DNA from: Pirellulales bacterium
GTDB lineage: Bacteria; Planctomycetota; Planctomycetia; Pirellulales; UBA1268
Direction of reading: 5' to 3'
DNA length: 62,491 nt
NCBI GenBank assembly: GCA_030577455.1
Contig: JALIAA010000204.1
Location: 1 to 62,491 of the forward strand
Positions 27,144 to 37,352 of the stretch are shown here, one piece after another. Every line of letters starts with the position of its first letter. Position 1 is the stretch's first letter. Below the pieces are notes generated by a model. It ran no database searches, had not been told where the DNA came from, and was given only the letters and a program-made list of their open reading frames with translations. The position numbers and the translations under genes were made by a program.

Positions 27144-29105
27144 CTACTCAAAATCTGTCGAGCGAAGCACTTCGACTGTCTCGAGGCAGATGGTGGCCAT
27201 AAACTCCGGCAAAATCTCCGAGCGTAGAAATTCTATAAGGGCAGCAGCTTTGGTTGTGGGGACTAGCACTTCCAGCCGAACGGATCGTGCACGCTGAAGA
27301 AGTGGACCATCGGCAAACTGTCGCCCGCCTCCCTTGCACTCAGTAATCGTATACCCGGTTACCCCGCGTTCGAAAAACTCATCGATAAGATGCTCAGCAA
27401 CTGCTGACGGCGCCATGATCGTCAACCGCTTCATTTGACCCAATGTTCGCTTGCGGGTAGCCAATGCATTATCAGACATCGGAATAAGGGAATCGAGCCC
27501 ACGGACAGAAAACCCAAGGCCTTCAAGCTCGAATGCTTCTCTCATCTCTTCAAGCTTTTCGAGCACGCTATCGTCGACAAGCTGTACACCAGAAAGATCA
27601 ATGACGAGGTTCCGTTTTTGGACCAGCCCCACTTGCTCGATTTGTCGCCGGAAGGGAATCCAGTTACTAAACACAGCAGAGTCTCGAGCACGAATGAGAC
27701 TTGTATTCTCAGAAACATCCTCAACTTCGAGGTAGGGCTTAAAGAGAGAGCGAAGCGGGACTCCATTGGCCAAGTGAAGCGATACTTTGAGAATCACCCC
27801 GATCAAGACACCAACAAGCAAGTCGGTGACAACGACCATGACCATCGTTGTAATGAAAATCGCAAGCTGTTCACGTCCAATCCGATAAATATGAATAAAC
27901 TCAGTGGGATGAGTCAGGCGAAAGCCCGTGTACACGAGCATGGCGGCAAGTGCAGCAAGTGGAATGAGGTGAAGAAACGTTGGAATGATTGCCACGCATA
28001 GCAAAAGAAAAATTGCATGCCAGAAGTTGGCAAATCGCGTTTTCCCACCGCTATCAATATTTGCCTTCGACCGAACAATTTCTGAAATCATCGGCAGACC
28101 ACCCAGCAGTGAAGCGAGAAGGTTGCCCGCTCCCACTGCAAAAAGGTCCCTGTCCATATTGCTGCGTCGCTTCCATGGATCGACGGCATCTATCGCCTTG
28201 GCACTCAGCACAGACTCGAGGCTTCCGATGCAGAAAAAGATGATTGCCCACTTCCACGCTCTTGGGTCAGCAAGGACAGCGAAGTTTGGCAGCGTGATAT
28301 CGTGAAACATGCCAAAGATTTGTTTTGGCATGCTGACAAGGAACTGTTCGCCGAGCTGGTATTCGTGTCCCTGGAGGTAGTACGAATGTTCGTGCAACAG
28401 ATCAAAGCCATACCCAGCTGGCATAGCTACCAGAAGAACCACGATTGGAGCCGGGACTCTGCGTAAAAATGGCCATGGCTGCACACAGGCAGGCCACGCG
28501 AACATGATGACGAGACTCGCAATACCGATAACGGCAATCGCGGGATTGGCTTCTGCAAGGAGATGCGGAATGTCTGTAAGAATTTCTAACGGCTCACCTG
28601 ATGCTGCTACGCCGAGCGCAATCGGAAGCTGTTTGATACAGATAATAATACCTATCCCGGCGAGCATTCCATGAACCACAGAAATCGGGAAGAATTCTCC
28701 CAGGATGCCCGCCCGAAAGGACGCAAATACCATTTGCAAGATAGCCGCCGCAAAACCAATCGCTAATGCAGCGCGATACGCCTGCTGGTCCATTGGAGCC
28801 CAGCCACCACTCATGCCATCACCGCTGAATTCGGAGACACAACCAGCGATGACTACAATCAGTCCGGCAGCAGGCCCTTTTATGGTGAGTTCACTATTCG
28901 TCAGAAGGGGTGTTACAAACCCACCGACGATAGCCGTAAAAACGCCTGCGATTGGCGGATATCCACACGCAAGTGAAATGCCAAGACACAGCGGAAGAGC
29001 AATCAGAAAAACAAGAAACCCAGAGCGAATATCGTCCCGGGCGTACTCAAAAAATCCAGCAATATTTCCACGAGGGACTGAAGACTCTGTTCCTTCCGAC
29101 GCCAT
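27144..29105 (-). CDS. SulP/SLC26 anion transporter with STAS domain and C-terminal P-II-like domain
   Basis: Polytopic N-terminal part typical of SulP ([17 protein letters not shown]..., [21 protein letters not shown]), a STAS-like segment ([22 protein letters not shown]), and a final 96 aa that look like GlnB (see findings). Confidence 0.85.
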   Translation of the reverse strand: MASEGTESSVPRGNIAGFFEYARDDIRSGFLVFLIALPLCLGISLACGYPPIAGVFTAIVGGFVTPLLTNSELTIKGPAAGLIVVIAGCVSEFSGDGMSGGWAPMDQQAYRAALAIGFAAAILQMVFASFRAGILGEFFPISVVHGMLAGIGIIICIKQLPIALGVAASGEPLEILTDIPHLLAEANPAIAVIGIASLVIMFAWPACVQPWPFLRRVPAPIVVLLVAMPAGYGFDLLHEHSYYLQGHEYQLGEQFLVSMPKQIFGMFHDITLPNFAVLADPRAWKWAIIFFCIGSLESVLSAKAIDAVDPWKRRSNMDRDLFAVGAGNLLASLLGGLPMISEIVRSKANIDSGGKTRFANFWHAIFLLLCVAIIPTFLHLIPLAALAAMLVYTGFRLTHPTEFIHIYRIGREQLAIFITTMVMVVVTDLLVGVLIGVILKVSLHLANGVPLRSLFKPYLEVEDVSENTSLIRARDSAVFSNWIPFRRQIEQVGLVQKRNLVIDLSGVQLVDDSVLEKLEEMREAFELEGLGFSVRGLDSLIPMSDNALATRKRTLGQMKRLTIMAPSAVAEHLIDEFFERGVTGYTITECKGGGRQFADGPLLQRARSVRLEVLVPTTKAAALIEFLRSEILPEFMATICLETVEVLRSTDFE

Positions 29106-29179
29106 AGATAATTCTCGCGCAACCTATTTAAGACAGACAACTCGTGTTGAGAGCTAACTGTATGAAAAATCCTCAAGAA

Positions 29180-29788
29180 TTACATGCCGTACGGAAAATC
29201 CGCGTCATCGGTAAGGCCACTGGCTCGAATGGACCCAACGGCCTTCCCATATTCAAGCAAGAGTCGGTTTGCAAATGAGATCCGCTTGCGAATCCATGCA
29301 TCTCGTTTATTCCCCGGGCTTTCACCATCCAACATATCAGCAACATCTTGAACAAGGACATGTTCGGGAATAATCAGAAGTCGATTATTTTTACACCCAC
29401 TTGTTCTTAATTCACTCACCGGATAACTACCACCTCGAGAAGATGACACTCCGACAACGAGCGCTGGCTTATGCCCCACTTCCTGTGGAGTCGTAAACAA
29501 CAAGAGATTTTTTAGACCCGGCGGAACCATACCGGCCCATTCAGGTGTCACGAAAACAAAAGCATGCGCCTCTCGCATACGATCACGAATCGGCTGCCAC
29601 AAGGACGCAAGAGAACTCGCTTTCTGCCAGGCACTTTCATCCCAAAGTGGTAAAGGGTTCCCTGACAAACTCAACGTATCGAGAACAAGCGTTGGGTCAA
29701 TTCGAGCGAGATCCTCAGCAATATAGTCAGCCACACGCGAAGACTGGCTCTCCTGACGGTGGCTGCCAGATACAATCATAATTCTCAT
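29180..29788 (-). CDS. NAD(P)H-dependent FMN reductase family protein
   Basis: Flavodoxin-like MRIMIVSGSHRQESQSSRVADYI and FVFVTPEWAGMVPPGLKN. AAAGGA RBS. Lies 74 nt upstream of the SulP gene on the same strand. Confidence 0.8.
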   Translation of the reverse strand: MRIMIVSGSHRQESQSSRVADYIAEDLARIDPTLVLDTLSLSGNPLPLWDESAWQKASSLASLWQPIRDRMREAHAFVFVTPEWAGMVPPGLKNLLLFTTPQEVGHKPALVVGVSSSRGGSYPVSELRTSGCKNNRLLIIPEHVLVQDVADMLDGESPGNKRDAWIRKRISFANRLLLEYGKAVGSIRASGLTDDADFPYGM

Positions 29789-30350
29789 ATATTTTCCTTT
29801 TCCACCCTACAGGATCACTCAGTCCATGGTCCAAAGGTAACCAGTTTCTTTCCTCACTATACATTGCTCGAAATGACACCTGTCCTCATTCGTGCCCCTC
29901 AGGTTCGATTTCTTTTTTACCCTGCCAAAAACTGGCGGCCGTTGAGGACAACCTGTAATTAACTAGACGGCGCAAGACCACCGGTGCCTCATGTTCACTT
30001 TTGCATGCCACCAGAGCAACTCACTGGCAAAGGGCACCTAATGCCCCGCAGAACCAATTTGGGTAGCCATCTGCAACGGCCCCGATATCCGATAGACGAA
30101 TCCACCCTGAAGCACAGAAAACCATAGAAAACTCAAGGTGTGATCGTGGTCTTTTCCCCTCGCCTATGTGGTAAAGCACAGCCTCAGAGAACTTCTTTCA
30201 TTCAAAGAACTACGCTGTTTATCGATAGATAGTGACGATTCCCCTTTTGCAGAGGCACTGCTTTCGTAATATTCTTCCGCACGAGTACATATATATGTTG
30301 TTTTGATACAAAAGAGCATCTGGCAAGAAATGATCGGGAGGGTTTCCACC

Positions 30351-31106
30351 ATGTTTTTGACTCGCAGCCTACATATCGCAATCATCTGCTCTTTTGTAGT
30401 TCCAGCATCAGCCCACGCTGAAAATGTTATTCAGGCAGCAATTAAAAATGCCACAACACCGGCGCATCGCATGAAGAGTGATGAAAAAAACTGGTGGCAG
30501 GAACGACATGAAAGCAAATCTATAGAAGCTAAAAAAAACACGTGGGACATTATTTTTCTTGGCGACTCAATCACACACAGTTGGGAAACTGCCGGAAAAA
30601 AAACATGGAACAAATACTACCGAAAAAGAAATGCACTCAATCTCGGTTTTAGTGGTGACCGTACTGAGCACGTCCTCTGGCGACTGGATAATGGTGAGTT
30701 TGAGGACGTACAGCCAAAAGTAGTTGTTCTTATGATTGGCACAAACAACACCGGCCATAGGAAAGATCCACCAAAAGCTATTGCTGCGGGAGTTGAAAAA
30801 ATTATTGAGCGCATCAGTACGAAATCTCCAACGACCAAAATACTTCTTCTCGCCATTTTTCCGCGATCAGAAAAAGTTTCTGATCCGCAGAGAAAAAATA
30901 ATGACAGAACAAATGCTTTGATAAAACAACTGGCAAAGAAAGATGGCGTCACGTACCTTGACATCAATGAACGGTTTCTTCTGCCAGATGGAACGCTCTC
31001 AAAAGAGATCATGCCTGATCTGCTTCATCCAAAACAAAAAGGATATGCCATTTGGGCTGAAGCAATCGAACCATCGCTCCGGACACTTCTGGCTGAAGAC
31101 GGCTAA
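30351..31106 (+). CDS. SGNH hydrolase (PAF-acetylhydrolase-Ib / sialate O-acetylesterase-like), secreted
   Basis: Blocks IIFLGDSITHSW, GFSGDRTEHVLWR, VVLMIGTNN and DLLHPKQKGY. The signal peptide starts at ATG 30351, with GGGAGGG upstream. Confidence 0.8.
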   Translation: MFLTRSLHIAIICSFVVPASAHAENVIQAAIKNATTPAHRMKSDEKNWWQERHESKSIEAKKNTWDIIFLGDSITHSWETAGKKTWNKYYRKRNALNLGFSGDRTEHVLWRLDNGEFEDVQPKVVVLMIGTNNTGHRKDPPKAIAAGVEKIIERISTKSPTTKILLLAIFPRSEKVSDPQRKNNDRTNALIKQLAKKDGVTYLDINERFLLPDGTLSKEIMPDLLHPKQKGYAIWAEAIEPSLRTLLAEDG

Positions 31107-31171
31107 CGAACCTTTGCAAGCAAAGTTTGCAAGCAGAGCATGATGCGCACCACTTCCACCTACTGACCCAG

Positions 31172-31372
31172 TTACTTGTGAAGAATTAATTTTCCGGTAC
31201 GCGTAAGCGTGAGGCGATAGACCTCATTGCCATGAAGAATCTGCAGTTCTCGGCGTCCTTGCAAGAGATCTGCTGATGCTATGGGCTTGAGCTGCTCCGG
31301 CGGGTTGCGAGGTGAATGCTCGGTTGTTTTCTGCTCGGTTGTTTTCTGCTTGTTCGTTGAATCGTGTGTCAT
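31172..31372 (-). CDS. hemP: HemP/HmuP-like small protein
   Basis: The C-terminal [34 protein letters not shown] matches the HemP pattern LL.G....I.H.G..Y.LR.T..GKLILTK. Confidence 0.7.
   Translation of the reverse strand: MTHDSTNKQKTTEQKTTEHSPRNPPEQLKPIASADLLQGRRELQILHGNEVYRLTLTRTGKLILHK
31317..31350 (-). repeat. In-frame 15-nt tandem duplication in hemP-like gene
   Basis: tgctcggttgttttc occurs twice, followed by a partial third copy. It encodes [10 protein letters not shown]. Confidence 0.85.
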
Positions 31373-31516
31373 GGATTTCCCACGGAATCTGGTATTGACG
31401 ATGCTGCGCAGACGACTAGACTAACGCTATTGAGACTGAATCTCAATATCAACAAATCAGCCAGCCCGGTTTTTCCCAGCCAGCCACCATTCAACTTTGC
31501 GAATGAAGGGAAACAA

Positions 31517-32551
31517 ATGAAGACGCAAAAATCTGGGAAGCCTTCGGGGTTCACGCTCATCGAACTTCTGGTTGTCATCGCCATTATTGGTGTTCTTGTC
31601 GGCCTCTTGCTGCCAGCTGTACAGCAGGCCCGAGAAGCAGCACGACGTGTTTCGTGCAGTAACCATTTCAAGCAAATGGGTCTGGCACTCCATAGCTATG
31701 AAAATTCCCAAAAACATTACCCAAAGTCATTTGGCATGACCTCCGCGTGGGCGGATATCAACGATTGGTCTGTGCAAGCAAAACTGCTCCCTTATGTCGA
31801 ACAAAATGGTTTGGGCAGTGGCGTCATGGCTGCAATTCAGGCTGCTGAAACTGCTGGTGTTGCTGGAAGCAACTCGTACAAGGCAGTACAAGTTGCCGGT
31901 AAAAATATCTGCAATTATCGCATAGATACTTTGATTTGCCCCAGTGAGATCAAAGATGAACCTCGAGGTACAGAGTACTACCTCACGAATGTTGGGGTGA
32001 ATATGGGGACTGGCCTCATACTCGCAGCCAATGGAAGTTTTGTCGGCGATGGTGCATTTGGAGTCAACTTTGAGCCAAAACCACGTGATTTCAGAGATGG
32101 TCTTTCAAACACCCTTTGCATGGGTGAAGTAAAAGGCTGGACCACGTATCAGCGTGACGGCAAGGATCAAACTACAGTTCCAACGGATCCTTCTGCACTC
32201 GCGGGCTTCAGTGGATCCATCAAGAATCAGGGGAAACCATCCTCCGGCCATACTGAATGGTGTGATGGTCGAGTCCATCAATCTGGCTTGACGACCACGT
32301 TTCCTCCAAACACCGATTCGGCACTATCTGATGGTCAAATTGGTGATTACACATCAAACCGTGAAGGTGGCGGTAGAACAGGAAGCCCGCTCGTGGCTGT
32401 GGTGACATCCAGGAGCTACCACTCTGGTGGTGTTGTAAATTCCTGCATGATGGACGGTTCGACCAAGACCGTGTCATCATCTGTCTCACAAGCGATTTGG
32501 CGAGCAGTTGGCTCACGAAACGGTGGTGAAGTAAGTAGCCTTAACGACTAA
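31517..32551 (+). CDS. DUF1559 protein with prepilin-type N-terminal cleavage/methylation motif
   Basis: [34 protein letters not shown] at the N-terminus and a C-terminal [20 protein letters not shown] (DUF1559 H.GG.N....DGS). I moved the start to ATG 31517 ([18 protein letters not shown]). Confidence 0.9.
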   Translation: MKTQKSGKPSGFTLIELLVVIAIIGVLVGLLLPAVQQAREAARRVSCSNHFKQMGLALHSYENSQKHYPKSFGMTSAWADINDWSVQAKLLPYVEQNGLGSGVMAAIQAAETAGVAGSNSYKAVQVAGKNICNYRIDTLICPSEIKDEPRGTEYYLTNVGVNMGTGLILAANGSFVGDGAFGVNFEPKPRDFRDGLSNTLCMGEVKGWTTYQRDGKDQTTVPTDPSALAGFSGSIKNQGKPSSGHTEWCDGRVHQSGLTTTFPPNTDSALSDGQIGDYTSNREGGGRTGSPLVAVVTSRSYHSGGVVNSCMMDGSTKTVSSSVSQAIWRAVGSRNGGEVSSLND

Positions 32552-32577
32552 AGCGATTCAAATCCTGAATCAAATTG

Positions 32578-32619
32578 AGAAGGCCTTATGGGGCATTGCT
32601 CCGTCAGGTCTTCTTTTTT
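32578..32619 (+). terminator. Rho-independent terminator after the DUF1559 gene
   Basis: agaaggcct / aggtcttct forms a 9-bp stem (one G-U) with a 19-nt loop, followed directly by ttttt. Confidence 0.7.
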
Positions 32620-32664
32620 GTGATGAACATCTGAGACAGCACACGGAAAACATCTTGCATCTGC

Positions 32665-33327
32665 CTAAAACGGCCACCATGCTGCCTTCGCGTATTTCGA
32701 AGGTAACACTATTTGCGAATTTCTTCTCAGCGTGGCCACAGAGTGGTAATTGATGTTCCGAACACCATAAAGCTCAACGCCACTCTGTCGCTTTGCAATT
32801 ATTGCAGCAACTTCCGGAGTGATTGTCTCGACGCCATCGAGATACAACTCTCCTCGATAAGGCAATATCGCAATTGCTACATCTTTGTCTAACATTTGTA
32901 GGCCGTTAAGAAAAAGCCATCCTTGGTGCTTTGACAAGGCCCGGCCGACTGCCGGGCTTATCGAACGAAGCCCTTCAAGATGCAACCATCCGCGATGCGT
33001 TGCCAGGATCCCTGCAACTTCTGGAGTGATTGCAGTCAGTCCATTTAAAAAAAGCTTGCCACGAGTCTGGGCGACAGCGTGGGCCATATCTGCATCAAGC
33101 TCTTTTAATATATTGAGTTCAACGGCTTCTTCATTCCGCTCTGATCGTTCAATGATTTGTTGCACATCTTCAAGCGAGAGCTGTCCGTCTATCGCGTGCT
33201 GATTCACGGCGAAGCATTCTATCGGCGCGAATAGAAATAAAGAAAACAATACAACAAGCGAAAACTTGTAAAGCCAAGAGTGTGGCAGCTTGTAGTGCGA
33301 CAGCTTGTAGTGCGACAGCTTGTTCAA
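32665..33327 (-). CDS. Secreted protein with about 24-aa leucine-rich-type repeats
   Basis: Signal peptide, then repeats of the form L.L.GL..I.PEVA..LA.H.G (LFLNGLTAITPEVAGILATHRGWLHLEGLRSISPAVGRALSKHQGWLFLNGL...). TTG start with GGAAGG RBS. Confidence 0.6.
   Translation of the reverse strand: MNKLSHYKLSHYKLPHSWLYKFSLVVLFSLFLFAPIECFAVNQHAIDGQLSLEDVQQIIERSERNEEAVELNILKELDADMAHAVAQTRGKLFLNGLTAITPEVAGILATHRGWLHLEGLRSISPAVGRALSKHQGWLFLNGLQMLDKDVAIAILPYRGELYLDGVETITPEVAAIIAKRQSGVELYGVRNINYHSVATLRRNSQIVLPSKYAKAAWWPF
33286..33324 (-). repeat. In-frame 15-nt tandem duplication at the 5' end of the LRR-like gene
   Basis: cagcttgtagtgcga occurs twice, followed by a partial third copy. It encodes KLSHYKLSHYKL. 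Confidence 0.85.
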
Positions 33328-33405
33328 CAGATCACCTTCCTTTCTTCCTTAAGAGTATTCGTCAACGCGAGCCCTCTACAAGACAATAAAATTCCATTTT
33401 TTTCG

Positions 33406-33444
33406 AAAAAAACCTGACAGTGAGACTCAATCTCAGCAGTGTCC
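33406..33444 (-). terminator. Intrinsic terminator after the GH92 gene
   Basis: The minus strand reads ggacactgctgagattgagtctcactgtcagg followed by ttttttt. This gives an interrupted stem (gaca/tgtc plus tgaga/tctca) and a U7 tract. Confidence 0.5.
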
Positions 33445-33500
33445 TGCTCCCTTTCTCTCTGCGGGCTGAAGCAGACCGGTTCTTCCTTCTCCTTCTTTCG

Positions 33501-35732
33501 TTAAACGATCGAAGGCGGTCGCTGGTGGGTCCAGACGGTTGGATGCTGTGACATCTCAATGGAAAGTGTGCCTCCTGAGCACAGGTCCTTCCATTGCAAA
33601 AATGGTCGCGAAAGAGAATTTCCATTCAGGGCTACGGCCTGTACGTACGGACTCTTTACTCCACCCCCTTCGCTTTCAACAACGAACGCCGGTCCCTGCC
33701 CCAACTGAACTTCCGCACGTTCAAAAAGCGGGGAACCAATTAAGAACACGTCTTGCCCAGCTACAGGGAAAAGCCCTAATGCACTCCAGACGTACCAGGA
33801 ACTCATACCACCGGAATCATCATTTCCTACTAGGCCGCCACGGGAATCTCCATAACACTGCGACATGCCCGCGCGTATAACTTCGCAAGCCCTGTCGTGC
33901 CGACCTGCATAGATATAGGCATAGGCCGATTCCATATCAGGCTCATTATTGAATCCTTCAAAACGTCCCAGCAATTCGCCTTCGGCCATCTCGGCACGGC
34001 TCGGGAATACCCCCGGTGCCGGAACAGAATCAGCCGCGTAGCCAAAAAAAGTATCCAACAGGTCGACAAAAGCCGTGTCTCCACCGGCAATAGAAATACG
34101 GCTGGCCATATCATGCAATAGCCGAAAACTATAATTGTATTTCGATCCCTCGTAATAGGTTGAATCTCTTAATACACCAGTTTTGTCAAAAGCATTTTCC
34201 CACTGACTCGCATACTCAAGCATCTGTGCAGCTACAGTATCGTCACCTACTTCAGTCGCAATCGCCGCTGTACAAAAACAGCCGTACGCAAGGTCGAGAG
34301 TATGCGTGAGAGGATGAACCACACCTTCTTGAAAAAATACTTCGCCGTACGCTCTGCCAAGATCCTTGGACATCATCGTAAGGGCACGCTCCCAATCAAT
34401 CCCTGGTAAACGCCGATGAAAAGCATCGGCTATGACAACATGGCCAAGAGCGCTGGCTTGATGGGCGAAACGGTCATGCCCTCGAGCAAGACGATACCCG
34501 ATAGGAAAATTGCCCTCCATTTCCACCACGGTAAGCATTGCATTGACAATCGCAACTCCTTCTTCTGGACATAACGAAAGCACAAGAGGGAGTTGAGTTT
34601 TATACATATCCCAAAGTGTGGAGAAATCATAGAAAAACGGACCGTCCCATGGCCAAAATGGAGACTCATCATGAGCTTCACTCGGCTTAATGAGACTGTG
34701 GTAAAGAGCCGTATAGAACGTCCTCTGCTGAGCACGCGTGCCTCCTTGAACCTGGATTCGACCAAGCCTCTCCTCCCAGTCCCTCTTTGCGATACTTCTC
34801 GCGGCAGACAAATCCTGAGGGGCGGCTAACCGATTTTCATACGCCTTTTTTCGACTCCGAAAGGAAAACGCGACCTTTATCTCGACAACATGCTCGTCTT
34901 CGGTTGGCCCCTGAAAGCACACTCCGAATGGCACATAGGTCGACTCACGTATGTATTCATAGGACCTCTCCTGGTCGCCAGAAAGAAAATTCCCATTCTC
35001 CCAAAGAGAAGATGCAGCACTGTGGGCATCAAAACCAGAGACCTCCACAGACATCCTGATTGGAAGGCCCTCCATGGTGACACATGCTTCCGCACCGAAG
35101 GCTCCTTGTAGACAATACTCTGCCCGCAGAGGAATTGTTCTTCCATCTTCAATTTCAATACCACCGTGAGAAAAGTCGACTGCTATCCCCGCACAACTCG
35201 ATCGTGGAAACGTGTATCGATGAATTGCACCGCGCGGGGTCACTGTAATTTCAGCACGAATCCCATACGGCTTGAGAATACATGAATAGAAACCAGGAAC
35301 AGCCTCTTCTTGATCAACTGAGAAGGGGGTTCCCACCATTGCAAGGCCACCGCCTTCCTCAAGAAAAGGTGAGATTCGACAATAGTTGTAATATTTTCGA
35401 ATGGCTCCAACACCGGACTGCTGGAAGTGGGTGAAGCCAGACACCTGCAATTTCTCTTTGAGCCGTGGCGGATACCCCTGAAGCGACTTGGCGTAACAAC
35501 CGTACCCAGTCGGATAACCCCCGCTGTACGGCATGACGGAAACCATACCGAAAGGAAGGCACGCCCCGGGATGAGTATTACCAATTTGCGGCTTTGGCCA
35601 GAACCACGTTGCTGCGATTCCAGAACGCGGGGGAAGATCGACTGGTTCCGTGCCAATAAACGGGTCGACCAGTGTCACTCGCTCGGTAGCAACTGGTCGT
35701 CGATTTTCTAATGTGTCTGCGTGATCTTCCAT
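33501..35732 (-). CDS. GH92-family alpha-mannosidase, apparently without signal peptide
   Basis: GNDDSGGMSSWYVWSALGLFP (GH92 hallmark) and VDPFIGTE near the N-terminus. I moved the start to ATG 35732 (MEDHADTLENRR) because the track ORF start 35846 would overlap the upstream GT4 gene by 70 nt. Confidence 0.85.
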   Translation of the reverse strand: MEDHADTLENRRPVATERVTLVDPFIGTEPVDLPPRSGIAATWFWPKPQIGNTHPGACLPFGMVSVMPYSGGYPTGYGCYAKSLQGYPPRLKEKLQVSGFTHFQQSGVGAIRKYYNYCRISPFLEEGGGLAMVGTPFSVDQEEAVPGFYSCILKPYGIRAEITVTPRGAIHRYTFPRSSCAGIAVDFSHGGIEIEDGRTIPLRAEYCLQGAFGAEACVTMEGLPIRMSVEVSGFDAHSAASSLWENGNFLSGDQERSYEYIRESTYVPFGVCFQGPTEDEHVVEIKVAFSFRSRKKAYENRLAAPQDLSAARSIAKRDWEERLGRIQVQGGTRAQQRTFYTALYHSLIKPSEAHDESPFWPWDGPFFYDFSTLWDMYKTQLPLVLSLCPEEGVAIVNAMLTVVEMEGNFPIGYRLARGHDRFAHQASALGHVVIADAFHRRLPGIDWERALTMMSKDLGRAYGEVFFQEGVVHPLTHTLDLAYGCFCTAAIATEVGDDTVAAQMLEYASQWENAFDKTGVLRDSTYYEGSKYNYSFRLLHDMASRISIAGGDTAFVDLLDTFFGYAADSVPAPGVFPSRAEMAEGELLGRFEGFNNEPDMESAYAYIYAGRHDRACEVIRAGMSQCYGDSRGGLVGNDDSGGMSSWYVWSALGLFPVAGQDVFLIGSPLFERAEVQLGQGPAFVVESEGGGVKSPYVQAVALNGNSLSRPFLQWKDLCSGGTLSIEMSQHPTVWTHQRPPSIV

Positions 35733-35776
35733 TGAGCGTTCCGCCGTTCGCTCCTTTTCTCCGTAAAACAGGATCG

Positions 35777-37099
35777 TTACGCTGCAGTCTGCACCGTAGA
35801 TTGTGTGAGAAGACTTTTCAGTATTCTTTCTCGATCGAAACGGCACGCATAGCTCCGTGCCTGCTGGCTCAAATATGCTCGAGAGTGGTCAGGCATACTT
35901 GCTACTTTATTGAGACATGCCACAAGGTCAGCAACATCTCCTGCCTTGTGGTAGAGGCAATGATCACCTGTTGCCTCTGGTATACCGCCAGTACGCGTTG
36001 TTATCACAGGACCTATCCCACCTGACAACATGGCCTCAGCGATAGCAATACCGAATGTTTCTGTGAATTCAACGCGAGGTTTGCTCGGGAGAGTGTATGC
36101 GTGACATCCTGACATGAATGCAAGTTTTTCAAGATCACCGATGTCATTAAAAAAGAGGATTGATGGATCCCTGTTTGCAATGGCGTGAAAGAACTCTTCA
36201 TCGGGACCTGAACCACAGACAACAAGCGGTATCCGACGATACAAATCGCTCGCACGATAGGCATGAATAAGATCCTCGACACCCTTGGCTTTGGTAAGGC
36301 GACTCAGAAACAAAACATATCCATCACGAACAAGACCTCGCTTGGATAAAATCGCTGCTTGCTCAGCCACGCTGATTGACGGTGACAAATAGGCCGAGGT
36401 GTCAATGGCCGGATAACTGATGCGAACTCGCTCAGAAAGTTGCTGCGCAAAGTTTGTACCAAGGGCTTCGTCTACCTTTGCACCGGAGGCAACAATCAGT
36501 TCACGGGTGAATTTGCTCACTGCCACCGGCTGATCGTGATCCAGGTAGTTTTGCATCACAAGAGCAGCTGCACCTGACTGCCCGGTGGCGAGCGCATTGG
36601 ATACCACGTTTGTAATATCAGACCCAACAGCCTCTCCAATTGTCACAGGTGCTGCGGCAATGCCACTTCGGCCTGAAGTCTCTACTGCCTGCATCACCAT
36701 CTGGCCGTGCGGGACAAGATAGAGATCCATAACGGCTGTTTTTCCAGGGAGCTGTGCAAGAAGGTTAATAAGATGTCCGGAGATCGCGGAACCAAGTCGA
36801 CCATCCAGCACCTTATAATCACCAATGGGCTCCGGACGGGACACCGTGATACCGGACGAGTACGCCTCAACGGAGTGTTCTGGTTTGAGTGGCAGCCCAG
36901 AGGACGCAAGGACGTCGAGCGGATAACTCACAATATGAACATTCCGAATACCAAGAGTGCATGCTGCTTCCGCAAGATTCCGCGTCTCTGTTGAATGCCC
37001 GCAGATAATTGGATCTGCCCGAGACAAAATAATCAGATTATCAACGGGCAGACCAGATCTAAGAGCGGATGCCCGTTGTTGTTGATCACACAGACTCAT
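35777..37099 (-). CDS. GT4-family (GT-B) glycosyltransferase
   Basis: The C-terminal block EFTETFGIAIAEAMLSGGIGPVITTRTGGIPE is typical of group-1 glycosyltransferases. Start at ATG 37099 (MSLCDQQ); the track start is 37171. Confidence 0.8.
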   Translation of the reverse strand: MSLCDQQQRASALRSGLPVDNLIILSRADPIICGHSTETRNLAEAACTLGIRNVHIVSYPLDVLASSGLPLKPEHSVEAYSSGITVSRPEPIGDYKVLDGRLGSAISGHLINLLAQLPGKTAVMDLYLVPHGQMVMQAVETSGRSGIAAAPVTIGEAVGSDITNVVSNALATGQSGAAALVMQNYLDHDQPVAVSKFTRELIVASGAKVDEALGTNFAQQLSERVRISYPAIDTSAYLSPSISVAEQAAILSKRGLVRDGYVLFLSRLTKAKGVEDLIHAYRASDLYRRIPLVVCGSGPDEEFFHAIANRDPSILFFNDIGDLEKLAFMSGCHAYTLPSKPRVEFTETFGIAIAEAMLSGGIGPVITTRTGGIPEATGDHCLYHKAGDVADLVACLNKVASMPDHSRAYLSQQARSYACRFDRERILKSLLTQSTVQTAA

Positions 37100-37352
37100 C
37101 GGTGGCCTCACTTTCCTGCTGAACTTCTCGGGCGGGACGGTCAGAAGGAAAAGAAGCAAATGCTGCGCCAAACAGAAGAAAGCACCGGCGACCAGTCATC
37201 GCATGGGCCAATTCTCGATGAAAACGTGATGCTCTTTTTACCTAAAGGGCCTCAGCCGCACACGTTCGTGCAAGACACAGGACGTGGCTGCCTTGAAACA
37301 AGGCAGCCACTGCAATCCCGATGGTCGAAAACCAGATCTTGATCAAAGAGAT

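Noticed and set aside
29902-29910. A ggttcgatt T-loop-like string that suggested a tRNA in the long intergenic gap.
   Set aside because: No flanking T-stem complementarity and no acceptor or anticodon arms could be drawn.
30021-30125. A 34-codon minus-strand sORF (MVFCASGWIRLSDIGAVADGYPNWFCGALGALCQ) in the 560-bp gap; Cys-rich, reminiscent of a RiPP precursor.
   Set aside because: There is no RBS, no adjacent modification, transport or immunity genes, and its stop lies between the two arms of the inner stem-like pair. The support is insufficient to call it a gene.
35733-35846. 5' extension of the GH92 ORF (MPFRSRKNTEKSSHTIYG...).
   Set aside because: It would overlap the GT4 gene by 70 nt and adds no signal peptide. 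I prefer the ATG at 35732.
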